From: Heteronotia binoei | Lineage: Eukaryota | Reading direction: 5' to 3' | Assembly: GCF_032191835.1 (NCBI RefSeq) | Contig: NC_083225.1 | Location: 54,994,001 to 55,058,000, forward strand | DNA length: 64,000 bases | Part shown: positions 12,131 through 31,063 of the stretch, piece by piece | How the letters are laid out: each line of letters opens with the position of its first letter | Position numbering within the stretch: the stretch's first letter is position 1 | Position numbers and translations under genes: made by a program | Notes under the pieces: generated by a model | What the model was told of the DNA's origin: nothing | The model's database searches: none | What the model saw: only the letters and a program-made list of their open reading frames with translations

Positions 12131-12191
12131 AAAGTAATAAAGATTACTGAATGTTAATATAGCTATATTTATTATACAAATTTACTGCATT

Positions 12192-15100
12192 TTACGATGA
12201 GTCTATGGTTTTCTGTTCCACTGGTTGTAGACGACGGCGAATTACTAGTTCTCCTTTGCTGTTAATATAGCAATCAGACATCTCCTCTTCAGTTGGAATT
12301 CCATGGGGTAACTTTAATGGCTGTATTCTACAGATGTTAAAAAACAGACACGCATTTTAATACACACACGCACATATTCTACAAAAGGTATTTTAGGTAA
12401 TGCTAGCAAAAAGTGCTGACTAACCTTACTAGGTGTTTGATGACTTTCAGTTTTGCATTCACAGTAGGAATGTTTTTGTGTACTACAGGCTCAAACCGCT
12501 GTAGATAAATAGATTTCAAACAATGAGATTCAGTGTCACATTCATTGCTTATATACAAGCACAAAGTGCTCTTACAAACATGTAAGATCAAGTAGCACAG
12601 TCTATTAAAGCCATCCTATTTAACAAACATCCTGTTTAATAAAAATACAAAAAAAATGAACATTGTTTCTTTTAGTACCACAAGACAGATTTCAGTATAA
12701 TTATAATATGGGTTACAATTCGCTGTTGTATTTAATTCATTATGAAAAGCTACCACTAGAAGGTACAGAGATTCCTTAACTAATCTACTATATGGTGAAA
12801 TTATCTTTAAAATGCTGAAGTCTTGCAACAAGAGAGAGGCCATCTCAGAGGAAAATGCCAACTGAATTTTCATTTCACTATACTCTGACTTGTCTACAGG
12901 TGTTAGCCATCCCACCCCCTCCAGATCCAGGGTTACTAGCCAAGGCCATCTCTCAGGTCTGTTAATTAGCTCACACAGTTCAGCTGTGAATCTGGTAAGG
13001 GAGGGCAGAGCATGCTCCTGTCCAGAATGTTCCACTGAAGCAGCTCTGTGATTGGTTGGGGGATGCCAGGAAGTTATGGCCAGTTTTTTCTATAAAGTAC
13101 AGCCTATTGTGAAGGGGAACATCTGTTTTTCCCTTTGCATTTCTTGCTTTCCTTATATGATCTGGAACCAGGGGTGACTTGTCCAGTAGGCAAACTAGGT
13201 GGTTACCTAGGCCGCCGGGAGGGGGCAAATTGGGCTCTCCCCCCACGCCGGTGCCCCAGGCAAGCACCTAGTTTCCCCCCCGCCACTAGCCCCCTCCACT
13301 GCCCCCCAGCCGCAGCGCTCTGCTTGCCCCCACCTGCCACGGTGCTCCGCTCACTCACCACCACCGCGCTCCGCACCGCTCTCTGCCCCTCAAAGCTCAC
13401 TGCAACTAAAAGTAAGCCCTGCTGGCTTCTCACAGCCCGCGCCTGCGTTTTGTTAAGATTCATCTCTTTAAAAAACACGCAGGCATGGGCTACGAGAAGC
13501 CGGCAGGGCTTACTTTTAGTCGCAGCGAGCGGGGGGGGGGGGGGAAGTGGAGCGCTGCGGCAGGTGGGGGGCGAGTGGAGCACCGCAGCTGGGTGGTGCC
13601 AGGAGGGAGGTGCCTCCCTAAGGCGCTAATCACCCTAGAGTCGCTCCTGTCTGGAACACCATGCTTTAGCTTTAAAAAACCCTGCCATCTCTGCCATAAG
13701 AACCAAGTAGTTAGCCAGTTTACCTTTGTTATTCTGCTGTGCATTTGACTGTCACTAAACTATATGCAATGTTTTAAAATATTTTCTTGAATTTCATTAT
13801 AAAAGCTCCCTCTTTTTGCTGTATGGTGTGTTACTGGGGAGAGACCTAAGCCAAACCCAGGTTAAGCTTGGTTACATTACAGCAATAAAGCAGGATCAGC
13901 CTTGACATCTTGCTATTTAGTTTCCCCTTGGCAAAGCATGGTTGCCATGTCACTCTGCCTTGTCATGCAGGTGTGAAGAGCATCCCCACAAACTCAAGCT
14001 ACTATTTACACACATAGTATTGCATGTGACCAGGGCTCATTTTGTAGCAGCAGCTCCTTTGCATTTTAGGCCACACACCCCAATGCAGTCAATCCTCCAA
14101 AAACTTACAGGGTTCTTCTTATAGGGCCTATTGTAAGCTCTTGGAGGATTGGCTGCATCAGGGGTGCATGGCCTAATATGCAAAGGAGCTCTTGCTGCAA
14201 AATGAGTTCTTCATGTGACTATTTCTGAATTAGAGGTCAGTTGAGATTCACATGTGGGAGAAAATACTACCAAGAAAGGCACTACCATGCACACACGGAA
14301 ACTAAAATTTTCCACTCCACATCCAAATTAATCTTTCCTGCAGAAGACCGAGGATGTGATAATGTACAGAAAATTTAAAAGCAAAACTGCATCACCATTT
14401 GCTACTGCCCTCTCTTTGTTAAGCAAGAAAAAAGCACCTCAAAACCCAGCTGTTTTTGAAGCTGACCTTTGTCTACCTGTACAGTGGAGCTGGCACACAG
14501 TGTAGAATTCCACTACGGTGCAGAGCCAGCACAGTTTTATGGTGTCAGACTAGGATCTGGGAGACACAGACTCGAATCACCACTCTGCCAGGGAAACATG
14601 CTGGGTGATCTTGGGCCAGTCACACCTGCTTCTCAGGGTTCTTGTGAGGGTAAAACGGAGGAAGAGAACACAATGTGAACCACACTGGGTCCCCACTGAA
14701 GAAAAGGCAGGGTTATAAATGAAGAAAATAAACAAATGCTCTGTTTGTGTGTTCATTAAGCCATTGAATTAATGGCCTTTTCTATGCCTTTTGATTGGTG
14801 AGACTGCATTTTCCCTGACCTGGATAGCCCAGGCCCGCCAGATTTCATCAATTCTTGAAAACCTGAGGTCAGCCCAGGTCAATATTTGGAAGAGATACTG
14901 GCAAAGAATACCAGGGTTGTGATGCAGAGGCGGGAAATGGGAAGCCACCTCTGAACATCTTGCCTTGAAAACTCCATGGGGTTGCCATAAGTCAGCTGCG
15001 ATTTTGATAGCAAAGGGGGGGGGGGGGGAGACTGCAGCTGGAAACAGGAAGCACCAACATAATAGTTACAATCCAAAAGCATGCACTTTGCATGCACCAG

Positions 15101-18100
15101 GATGTTATGAAGCCTTCTCTGAAAAACACAAAGTATCCCCTTCTATGAAAATGGGAATATTTTAAAGGGAAACTGGCAGAAAATACCAAGAAAACAGCAG
15201 CAATAATTGCTTATTAATGTGCAAGCAATTTCCACCTTGCTTTTTGAAGTCAGGGGATGCTCTGTTGACTATAACTGGGGCAAAATATTTCTAGTTCTTA
15301 GCTTCCAAAATTAAGTTATGGGGTAGGGAAAGAAAGATGGAGAACAAAGCGTTCCTGGAATGCATACTGGCAGGAAGCAGTAACAATTATCATGAATATA
15401 GTAAAGGGATGGCTATATGAGAAGGTGGTAAATGAAATTACTGGAGTCTGAAATTATTGGTTGCTTACACCAATTAGAATTAGTGGCTTGACCCCAGTGA
15501 TTAGGTCTGATGATGAAGTCTCAGCTGTGCCTATCTTTCTTTTCAGTTTGCATGTTACAGCTAGCTCCATACGTAGTTTAAATTGGGAACCTCAAGCCTG
15601 AATAACCATGCTAAGCCTTTCACTACAAAGTTCCTGGAAGGAGAATCAGGACTCCTATTGAGAGTGTTATAGCCCTCCCTACAGAGGAAGCTGCTTGTTT
15701 CCTTTGTTTTTTCCCCTTATGTTTTGTGGGTGGCTAAAGAGAGTTATTAGAGAGTGATGACAATGGCAACTTGCAGTGGTTGATTTCATTCATGGTTGAT
15801 ACAGGAGTGCCCTTGGCTTGCTGCTCCATAATTGGCTGATGTGAGCAGCGTCACTATGGATACCAGTTCAGCTGCCATGCTTTCAACAATCAATCTTTTT
15901 GTAAGTATCTTCTCATTGCTGAGAGAGCACAGGACACCTAGTACCTGCTAGCTATGCTAGTGCTAGGCTATCAATGCACAGAATTCAGGGCTTAAGTTGG
16001 GGCGGCCCAATTCCAAACCTGCAAATACTCTATTGCAGGGGTGGCCAACGGTAGCTCTCCAGATGTTTTTGCTGACAACTCCCATCAGCCCCAGCCAGCA
16101 TGGCCACTGACTGGGGCTGATGGGAGTTGTAGGCAAAAAACATCTGGAGAGCTACCGTTGGCCACCCCTGCTCTATTGGAAAAAAATCCAGTTAGTAAAT
16201 AGGCTGCTAAGCATGATTCAAACTAGACTTACTACACTGACAAGCATTAACGACGAAGAAAAAGTTCTTAAATTTCCCCACCCCCGAGAATAGGACAAAG
16301 CGGGGGGACTGCCAATGGGTCGGATACCTTTCCCAATCCAAGACAGTGTATTGTATCCTTTTCCCAATAAGGACGCCTTCTTCCACTTTTGATCCTAGTG
16401 ATAAGGTGCAGCTTGTGAGGTTGCTCTGGATCACCACCATATTTTTCATGATCACCAGGTTGTGGCTGAAATACCTGAAATAAGTTCAAGAAAGTTACGG
16501 TAATTACTAATTAACAAAATTACTATTTTAAAACTTTTAAGCAGTCAATAAAAATAAGATCTGCATAACAACTCATAAGGTGGCTAAAAGAACATCATGA
16601 TTTTAATCAAAAAGATACTCATCAATTTCTTTGCTATAAACCTACAGTGAAGACAAATATACCTATCACCAGGGTTTTTTTCTGGTGGAATGTGGTAGAA
16701 CGTAGTTCAGGAACCTCTTCGTGAAAACAAAATCCCCCCACCCACCCCCCAAAAAGTTTACAATTTCATGAGGGGAACCCATGCGTTTCTCCTCCATTTC
16801 CCTCTTAAGAGTTCCGGCACCTCTTTTTCACAAAACAAAGTCCTGCCTATCACAATGCTGAGAGAGATCTATAAAAGGTTTATATTTCTCAATAATATAC
16901 AGAACCACCCCCTTACAATACAGAATCAACTTTTTCTTTGTTCTTTTTTTGCCATCAAGCTGACTTATGGTGACTCTGTAGGAAAGGCAGGAGACATTCA
17001 GAGATGGTTTGCCATTGCCTGATTCTGCATAGCAACATTGGACTTCCCTCCTGGTCTCCCATTCAAATACTGACCAGGACTCACCTTATTAGCTTCCAAG
17101 ACCTGACAAGATCAAGCTTGCCTAGACTATCCAGGACAGGTCACAAAATCAACTACATGTTCAAAATTCAGTGATAAACCAAATTAAATAATAAACCAAA
17201 AAACCAAAATCATATTTTTACTTGGTAGCTTGGGTGTGTCAATATAATGCAAAAATACTGGACATTTTCATTTATAGGTTACAAACATGAAAATAAAACA
17301 AATGAAAGTTTTCCAACACATTGCTTACCGATTCAGGAATACGTGATCTTGTAAATTTCTGCCGAATCCAACTGACTGACTGTACCGTATTTTTTGCCAA
17401 ACTCTGGAAGAGGTGGATGGGCGGGGGAAGAGAAAAACTTGTCTTATTATTGATAAAACATTTATACCCCACCTTTTTTCTTGGTGAAAGGTGATTTTAA
17501 CATTCCTAACTGGAGTATGTGTGTTCTATCAGCATTTCTGTTGGAAATCAACTCTTTGTTGACTGAGTAAGTTCATTTATAATTTAGAGTGATTAATGAA
17601 GGGGAAAAGATCAGAGCAAGCTGTCTCAGGTGGCAACCCTAATAAATAAGCACTATCCTATTTAAAATAGCCTTTTATTCTTTAATTACAGTAATATAAC
17701 AAAGGGGGGAGGGGGAAGCTACAGTAAACCCAGAATTAGCCACAGAGTTGTTTACTGTGTTTAGTCCAGTGTAGTAGCCAGAGCTCAGGAGCAATAATTA
17801 ATTTATAAAATTAGAGCAGCAAAGACCAAAATCACACCCTCTGTTAGAAGTCTTTCTCTCTGACCTTTGGGAGTCGGACATAAAGTGCAATCTTAAAAGG
17901 TAAGCTCCACTGAAGAGCCTTGAGTCAGATTCTGCGTAGATCTGTTTAGGACTGCACCATTATTCACGATCAAAGAAATACCCTGCAGACACACAGGTGA
18001 ACAAATTACTCTGCAGAACGGAACAACGCTCCGATGGTCAGCCCTGTTTAACAGCGTAGACTTCCTCCACCCTAAACCCAATGAAATCAACGCGGTCACT

Positions 18101-18277
18101 ACACACACAGTATTACGTTGCAGCAATTAAACGTCGCTGCAGCACAAAACGTCTGGCATGAGCAAAAAACTGAACTCATCAGACAGTTTGGGACGTTCTT
18201 CGTTCCTTTCGGCACCGTCTCACCTGCCAAACCCCCGAAGGAGTTCCCCACGCAGCCCGGCACAACAACGCCGCCAT
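12192..18277 (-). CDS. MRPL30: Mitochondrial ribosomal protein L30, 161 aa. Minus-strand exons 18277..18224, 17403..17329, 16474..16328, 12498..12425, 12327..12192.
   Basis: [18 protein letters not shown]|[25 protein letters not shown]|[40 protein letters not shown]..|[25 protein letters not shown]|[16 protein letters not shown]. 486 nt in total, GT-AG introns, strong Kozak context (AAGATGG). Confidence 0.96.
13169..13649. mobile_element. hAT MITE with a long internal inverted repeat, in MRPL30 intron 3
   Basis: Imperfect TIR CAGGGGTGACTT / GAGTCGCTCCTG, perfect 8-bp TSD TCTGGAAC, GC/CpG-rich interior with a hairpin centred near 13458. Confidence 0.85.
14031..14211. mobile_element. Palindromic hAT MITE (GCATATTAGGCCACAC family)
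   Basis: TIR CAGGGCTCATTTT, 8-bp TSD CATGTGAC. Relatives at 35690-35874, 36290-36360, 37935-37980 and 47030-47142. Confidence 0.75.
16036..16170. mobile_element. Palindromic hAT MITE
   Basis: TIR CAGGGGTGGCCAA with a perfect 8-bp TSD CTCTATTG. Confidence 0.85.
16670..16845. mobile_element. hAT MITE
   Basis: CAGGGTTTTTT..AAAGTCCTG termini with a perfect 8-bp TSD CCTATCAC. Confidence 0.75.
16940..17135 (-). mobile_element. 5S rRNA-derived SINE with a BovB/Sauria-like tail
   Basis: Reverse complement of 17052-17118 aligns to 5S rRNA (GATCTCGTCTGATCTCGGAAGCTAAG..TTAGTACTTGGATGGGAGACC), followed by GGCAATGGCAAACCA..TCACCATAAGTC. Other copies at 14815-15010 (+) and 42745-42955 (-). Confidence 0.7.
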
Positions 18278-18624
18278 CTTTGAGTCTCTGCTCCAGCCTT
18301 CTACGTATGACAGCGGCCTCTTTTGGCTCGCTCAATCCCAGACGGCATGCTTTACTATTTCCGATATGTTAGGGGAAAGAGAAAGTCTAGGAACACGTCT
18401 TATCTATGGTCTCTCCGCTTCTCCGGTGCAGAGAAGGTTTCGCTTTCCACTTCCTAAGATTCGCATGATGGTCAGGAGGAGGCGTGGAGTCCACTGTTTT
18501 GATAGGAAGTTGCCCACCTGCGGGGTTGCGGCTAAGCTCCAGGGAGTGCCTCGTGCTTGCAAGGCCGGATTGTGCAGAAGCCGCGAAAAGGTCTCCCCCT
18601 GCTGGGTTCGTTTCCCGGCACACC

Positions 18625-24787
<6,163 letters not shown>

Positions 24788-27055
24788 TTTTATATTCTTA
24801 ATCCAATTTTTTTTACTGTTTTTGTTTTCAGATATGAGCTATTTTATTCCACTGCGCCTAGTGTTGAGTTTTCTAAAATGTTTCTAGTAACTATACATAT
24901 TCAAGAGAATGTCTAATGAAAGTGTGTATTTGCCAGATGTGTGTGGCATGTTCTCTATGAACTCCATCTGGAACTTTTGAGCTCATTTGAAGTAAAAAAA
25001 CCCCACTATTCCAGTTTGCTTGCTTGTGGTAGAGCACCATGTTTTCTTACTTCATGGACAGTAAATGGGAAAATGTTTAAAGTATAACATGATACATGCA
25101 GAGAAAATGTGTGTTTAGCTTGAAGAACTTTTTCCTCCCACTTTGTCCAGCTCACCAGTTAAGATCTACCTCACCAGCCCTGTTCTTTGTGCCTTCAGGT
25201 GTGAAGTGGGTAGCAGCCAGAGACCACCTTTTTCAAAAATGGCACCTCACCTCATGCCTACATTGCTTTCTTTTGTGTCTGTTCACCTAGCCTAGAAACT
25301 GTTATGTTACTTCCAGTGTGTGTGTTTTTATGATCTATGTTTTTATGGTGGGATAGGTTTTAATGCAGGATTTTAATTAATATAATTTTGTAAGCTGCTG
25401 TGGGCACTCCTGGAAGAGGTGGCATAAAATAAGATTCTTTAAAGTTTCCACCATAGCTATTTGCACTGTTGAAGAGGTAAGCTACATTTGAACTAAAAAG
25501 GGCTCATCTCTTCATCATGGTGGCAGCTTAAAAAGAAATCCTTCTGATAGCAGTTGCATTATAATAGACAGACTTCAGGAAAGTGCAATTCAAATTTGGT
25601 GGTTCCTGGACTCCAATTCTGGATCTACTGAGCTAAGGCAATAAGTGTTAGAACTTGCAAAGTTTGAAAAACCAGGGAACCCTTCAGTGCAATACTAAGT
25701 AAGAGCAGCTGAAGAAATAGAATGGCAGTTTACTAAAGAAAGCTGAAAATGGGAGGTACGTCTGCTAAATGAAGCAGAAACTTCTGCTAAAACAGCCTGT
25801 CAAGTATTAACCCTTGGAAGAAACTACAAGATTATGGCACCTATACTACATGGTGGTTTTTAGCCTCCAAGTAGGCAACCTACAGTGATGGCCTACGGTC
25901 TAAAGGAGTATTCCACAGAGGTAGTTTCTGCTCAATTGAGACCTGGAGACATATGCCTGAGCTTCAAGCTAGCAAACAAACAGGTGGAGATGCAAAAGCT
26001 TTACTTTAAATGCTATTATATCATGTGTTAAACCTGCTACTCAAGGTCCCACTTTTATATCCACCTTAAAGCACCCTCTTGGTGGAACTATTAGGACATA
26101 CTAATTGAGTACTGATCTGTTCTGCTGGTATAATCATCGGGTGCAAGAAACTGTCTGCCAATAAAAGGCTCTTTGCTGGTAAAGGAGGCTCCTGCAGCTG
26201 CAGAATGCTCATTGCACTAGTGCCAGTTGAATGGACTAGTAGAATCTAATTTATCAGTTTAATACGGAAGCTAAATGATTGTAGCAGAACTTGGTTTTGA
26301 GTAAATTTATTTAGGATCACACCTGGAGACTAAGCCAGTGTGCCTGACAAGCAATACATAGTATGACATGCTTCAGATGCATGCTATGTCTCATTAGATT
26401 TACATTCCTAAACGGAGTTACACCCTTCTAATCCCACTGACTTTAGTGGACTTAGAAAGGTGTAACTGCATATGGACAGCACTAAGTGGGTCTAATTGGA
26501 AGTAAATTCAGTGTATTTAGCTCATGTCCAGGAAAGTTTTCTCAGGGCTGCAGCCTTAAAAGTACAATTTTGTTCTGTTATTCCAATCCAAGCCCAAATA
26601 GTTATGCAAGTCTGCACAGAATGGCATTGATATCTAATGAGTGAAACATTTGTCTAAAAATGTTCGGTATGAGTTCTTCAGTGTTGTTTTTTTTTCACTT
26701 GTCCTTTTTATTATTATTTTTGTAAGCTGTTACAAGAAGTCCTTTGAGTTGATCAGCATGATATTAAATGACAGAAATGAATAAATAAAGAAAAGTTGCA
26801 GGCAGGGATGATAATTATCCCATTATGATAAATGTGAAACCTGAAATCTTTAACACTTGCTTGAAATAACTTAAACTGAACTAATAAACGACTTATTTTT
26901 AAAAAGGGAATTGGATTGTCTAAATTCATTCTTAAATACTTGTTGCATAACCAACATTGCTATCTTATATCTCTCTTCTTCATCCCTCCAAATCTTGTAC
27001 TAGAGCAAGCTTGATAATGGCATGGCAGTGATTGAGCAGTTTCTTATCAAGGCAG

Positions 27056-28174
27056 TCACATTAGTGTTAACACTTTTTCACATAACAGATTCCATTTGCT
27101 ATATAATTTGTAATCTGTACACGTTCTCAGCAAAGCATTTGCTGCGGCTGTAGTTTCGCTTGGACAGAACTTGCTGCCAATAAGGTTGTCCTTCAGTTTA
27201 CAGCACATCATTGGTGGCAGCCATTGCGGAGGCACATCAATGTCAAGTGTTTCAATTTTGCCATTCTTTATGTCCATATTTATCTTTATGTCAAAGCAAG
27301 ATTGTTCATCTACTATGTTCAAGCATTTGCTAATACTGAACTTGGGTGTTTTACCGTAGATCCACTCCCAGGCTTGTAGTTCCTTTGCTTTATTATTAAT
27401 TCCAGGAAACTCCTTTTCATCAGCTGGATTTATTACAGTGATACAGTTATCAGCATGATAGTGTGTAGCATACTCTTCAGCAATGGCATCCATGAGCATC
27501 TCACAAGTTAAAGTAGGGTCTTCTTCCAAGAGGTTTTTCACTAAGGCTGGGACACTTGGTGTAGCATTGCTTTTTATCCCATTGTAAGGACTTTTCAGTA
27601 CAGATGACAATATATGTTTGTTGGTATTGCAGAGCAAGGTGCAGTGGTGGTAAGCTACAGTCCTTCCGAGCTTTGCAGCAGTGCCCGAGATTTTAAAAAT
27701 CTCATTTAATAAGAGGTCACATCTTGCAGTAGCCTGCACATCTAATTGTGGGCGTAGGGATTTTAAAGCTTTAACAACCAGTCTTAAATTTTCCATTCTT
27801 TCATATTTTTTCCTGGTTGTAAAGAAAGTCAGGTTGATGTTTCCTAGATCGTGATAAACTGTTCCTCCTCCACTCCTTCTCCTGGCTAGTTTTATTCCCT
27901 TCTGACGCATCATTTTGAGATTACATTCCTGCCAAGGATTCTGATGTCTGCCTATCACTACAGCAGAAGAATTTCTCCATAGGAAAAGAATTTGTCTGTT
28001 CTCCAAGTCAAGGGTATCATGGATCCAGTCTTCTAAAGCCAAATTCTGATATACGTCCTGGGAAACAGACTGCAAGATCAGTCCTCCTTTTGGTGCCCAT
28101 TTGAAACCAGCAGCTGGAATCTTGAGAACATAGTGTAACTGGAAACACTTTTTCAGGGATGACTGGATTGTCAT
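27056..28174 (-). CDS. LIPT1: Mitochondrial lipoyltransferase 1, 372 aa, single coding exon
   Basis: Uninterrupted ORF with LipA/LplA-family motifs: [69 protein letters not shown]. Lies tail-to-tail with MITD1 as in other amniotes. Confidence 0.97.
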   Translation of the reverse strand: MTIQSSLKKCFQLHYVLKIPAAGFKWAPKGGLILQSVSQDVYQNLALEDWIHDTLDLENRQILFLWRNSSAVVIGRHQNPWQECNLKMMRQKGIKLARRRSGGGTVYHDLGNINLTFFTTRKKYERMENLRLVVKALKSLRPQLDVQATARCDLLLNEIFKISGTAAKLGRTVAYHHCTLLCNTNKHILSSVLKSPYNGIKSNATPSVPALVKNLLEEDPTLTCEMLMDAIAEEYATHYHADNCITVINPADEKEFPGINNKAKELQAWEWIYGKTPKFSISKCLNIVDEQSCFDIKINMDIKNGKIETLDIDVPPQWLPPMMCCKLKDNLIGSKFCPSETTAAANALLRTCTDYKLYSKWNLLCEKVLTLM

Positions 28175-30529
28175 GTTTTAGCGTAATAGAAGTACTGAAC
28201 ATCAATCAGATTCAGCCCAGTCCACTACTACTTCAGTACAAACATATCATTTCAAATAGCCCACAAAACTATTCTGTTACATCAGATGATAATATGAAAT
28301 ATTTCTTCTGGTAAGTGGACATGATCTAGTGATGCAGAAATTCCCTGTTCTACTTTTATTGCAGAGAGCCTAGGAGAAAAAATGTAGTGTTACTTGATTA
28401 TCCCCAGACAGTTTGATATATAAAATGATTGGTTTTTATGGCTGTTATTTTAACACATCAAGATGTAACAAATCCAGTCAACCACCAATTCTCAACAATA
28501 TGCCTAACAGAAAATAGGAAAAGACATATATGTAAATATAACATGTAGAAGAAGAAAAAAAATTATAGTAAATTCTACCTCTTTCAGGGACCAATCTTTA
28601 AAAGCAAGTCTTAATTTCTGTCAAATGGGTCTTACTTCCAGGAAAAAATTTTTAGAATTATAGCCTTAGGCTCACAAAGCAAAATGTTACAAGGAAAATA
28701 CCCTGTATAACTATATAGGTTCACAAAAATTCTGCAGTAATAGCATTCCAAAAGTCAAGAAAGGGTTTCCATCCTCAAATTATAATCTCACATTTGTTAC
28801 TAATTCTGTTAGTGTGGACTAGCATCTGAAAGACTCAGGTTTGAATATCTGCTCTGCCGTAGAAGCTCAGTGGGTGACCTTGGGTCAGTCACACACTCTC
28901 AACATACCTCACAGGGTGCTGTGAAGATAAAATGGAGAAGAGGAGAATGATAAACTAGCTTGGGTTCCTGTGGGAGAGAACACAAATTAACTAAATATGC
29001 TATATTTTGACAATTCAAATAACTTGAGCTCTTCTAGCTCTCGGCTATGTTCATGTTAGCAATTGTCAGCATATCTAAAGCCCATTGCTCTGTACTTTAA
29101 AGGAACAGAATCCAGTAAGATATCAAGCACTACTACTTTGGGGATTTTTAGAATATTCAGTTTAGTTATGCAGAATACATTTGTTTCTTTACTAGAAAAT
29201 GTAAGGACATAACCATCACGAGTCTATAGTTATCATCTAAGGCTCCACATTTCCAACACATGCATTTCTATGTTTTTGTAATCTCAGTTTGTGGAGAGAC
29301 GTACCACAAATATAACACCTTATAATAATTTTCTATCATGCTAAGACTCAGGGAAAGCCACCCCCAACAATAACAGTACTCATTATTTAAAATTGTATAC
29401 ATAAGTATTTTCTCTCATTTAAAAAGAAAAACTGCCTGATATGTAGAAATTATTTGCAGAAAGCCTAAATAAAGAGCAGATACCAGACCTTTAGTTTTTT
29501 CCTAAAGAAAAGGTTTGTTAATTCTGTACAAATGTGTGACAATATGCAAGGTGATTTCCCCCCCTTCCCCCGTGAAACAAAAGGGAATGGTGTTGCCAGA
29601 GCCCCCTAGCCCAGCCCTGTTGCTCTGGCATAGAGAAAACTCTATGAATGCGAATTAGATCACTGAATGGGAATTTACAGGAGTGGAAAGGGCCATGGCC
29701 TCCTCACCTAATGGAGGACCAAAGAGCTGGGGGGGCGGGGTTTGCTATTGTGCACCTCTTTGTCGGCCATACCTCACCCAAGCCAGCAGGGCAAAGGCAG
29801 GTACTGCTATGCTTCTCTCCAGACACGCTACACTTCCTGTATCTGTGCTCTTCTTCACTAGGCTGGACAGGTGAGGTCAACAAAGAGTGGAGCATGGCAT
29901 ACTATGTGCCTGCCAGCAGACTTAAGTCATGCACTCCTGTGCCCATGCACCTCACCAGCCAAACTGTTTCTGGGCCAGCGCAGGACAAAACTGAGCACGC
30001 ACTGTGCCCATGTTTTTCACCTTAGGCTGAAGGTCTACGCCGCTGTGCCTGTGCTCGTCCTCACCAGCTGCACTGCGCCAGAACATGGTGAAGCCAGATG
30101 CCATCGTGTTTCTCTCCGCTGGCCGCAGTGCATTGGGGCTGGAGAAGTTCGTGCGCTGCTAGCACAGAGTTAAGCCAGGCACCTGCGGTGTCCACGCTCC
30201 TCTTTGCTGGCCTGAGCAAGAAGACGCGTAAGCACAGTGGCTCCCAACTTCGTCCAGTTCCACCACTATCTGTACTCACCAGCCCCACATCTTGGGTGAG
30301 CGGGGCTTACATATACATATATAGTAGACTGCACTTCAGTTTTAGGGACGATGGTTCATGTTCTGAGGATAATGAAGGACATACAAAAGCTGGCACAAAA
30401 GTTTCGGGCAGAAAACAAGTGGGCTGGTAAAAAAGTAAATCTACCAAGCACGCGATTGTCCTTTCCCGGCTGCTGTTCCAGGGGAATTCTACCATAGAGT
30501 ACCATGGAAGGAAAGAGAGGTGACACTTT

Positions 30530-30920
30530 ACCAGCTTCTCTTGGTGTGCCTGGCTTCTCAGTCCTGAAAATCGGGTCCTTTGCCCTGGTGAGGTGTGCTG
30601 TGCCTGTCCACGAAATAAGGCGGATCGTTAACTACAGCCATAGAGTTACAGAAACTAGACTGACGGTCTAGTGTTTTCAAACACCGCTCCGAGTATGCAC
30701 AATGGAATTCGCTCTTAAGTTCCTTTTCAGAACGTTTCCGCTGGAGAAAAGTAAAATGACCCCTCCACACACACAAGCCTGCTAGCTTCTAATCACTTTG
30801 CTCTCAGCTCTGTGGTGGGTGGGAGGGAGGAGGAGGAGCCTCAGTCGCCCCCCTTCGCCTCTTTCCTTTGGAAAGCGTTTGTTTCCTTGGCGACTAACAA
30901 CTGCAAAAGACTCCGGAGGT
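30530..30920. promoter_or_regulatory. CpG-enriched promoter-like region: likely LIPT1 (-) first exon plus a divergent (+) non-coding exon (TSGA10 by synteny)
   Basis: Minus-strand donors at 30531 (CTG|gtaaag) and 30279 (CTG|gtgagt). Plus-strand donor GAG|gtgaga at 30919. X-box GTTTCCTTGGCGAC at 30881-30894. Confidence 0.55.
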
Positions 30921-31063
30921 GAGACTGAAGAAGTTCTGTTCTTTAATTATTTTGATTTCCTGCCCTGTGAGATAGTAAAACGATTAAATCATAATCATCT
31001 TGCCTTCAGTTTTAAATTAAACGTTTGTAAATGTGCCAGTTTTTAAAAAGACTTAATATAGTA

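Noticed and set aside
13135-13748. Mirror-image ORFs of 126-164 aa on both strands
   Set aside because: An artefact of the palindromic GC-rich MITE interior.
16320-16327. MRPL30 intron 3 donor GTATCC resembling a U12 5' splice site
   Set aside because: It continues GA rather than TT, and there is no TCCTTAAC branch site near the acceptor at 12499. Treated as U2.
17894-17984. Acceptor-like site and ATG in MRPL30 intron 1, first considered as the coding start
   Set aside because: The ATG stops after 4 codons and there is no good donor. The real first exon was found at 18224-18277.
18484-18624. 47-codon open in-frame extension upstream of the MITD1 ATG (GTG start in the ORF track)
   Set aside because: GC-rich promoter DNA with no homology. 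The ATG at 18625 has an optimal Kozak context.
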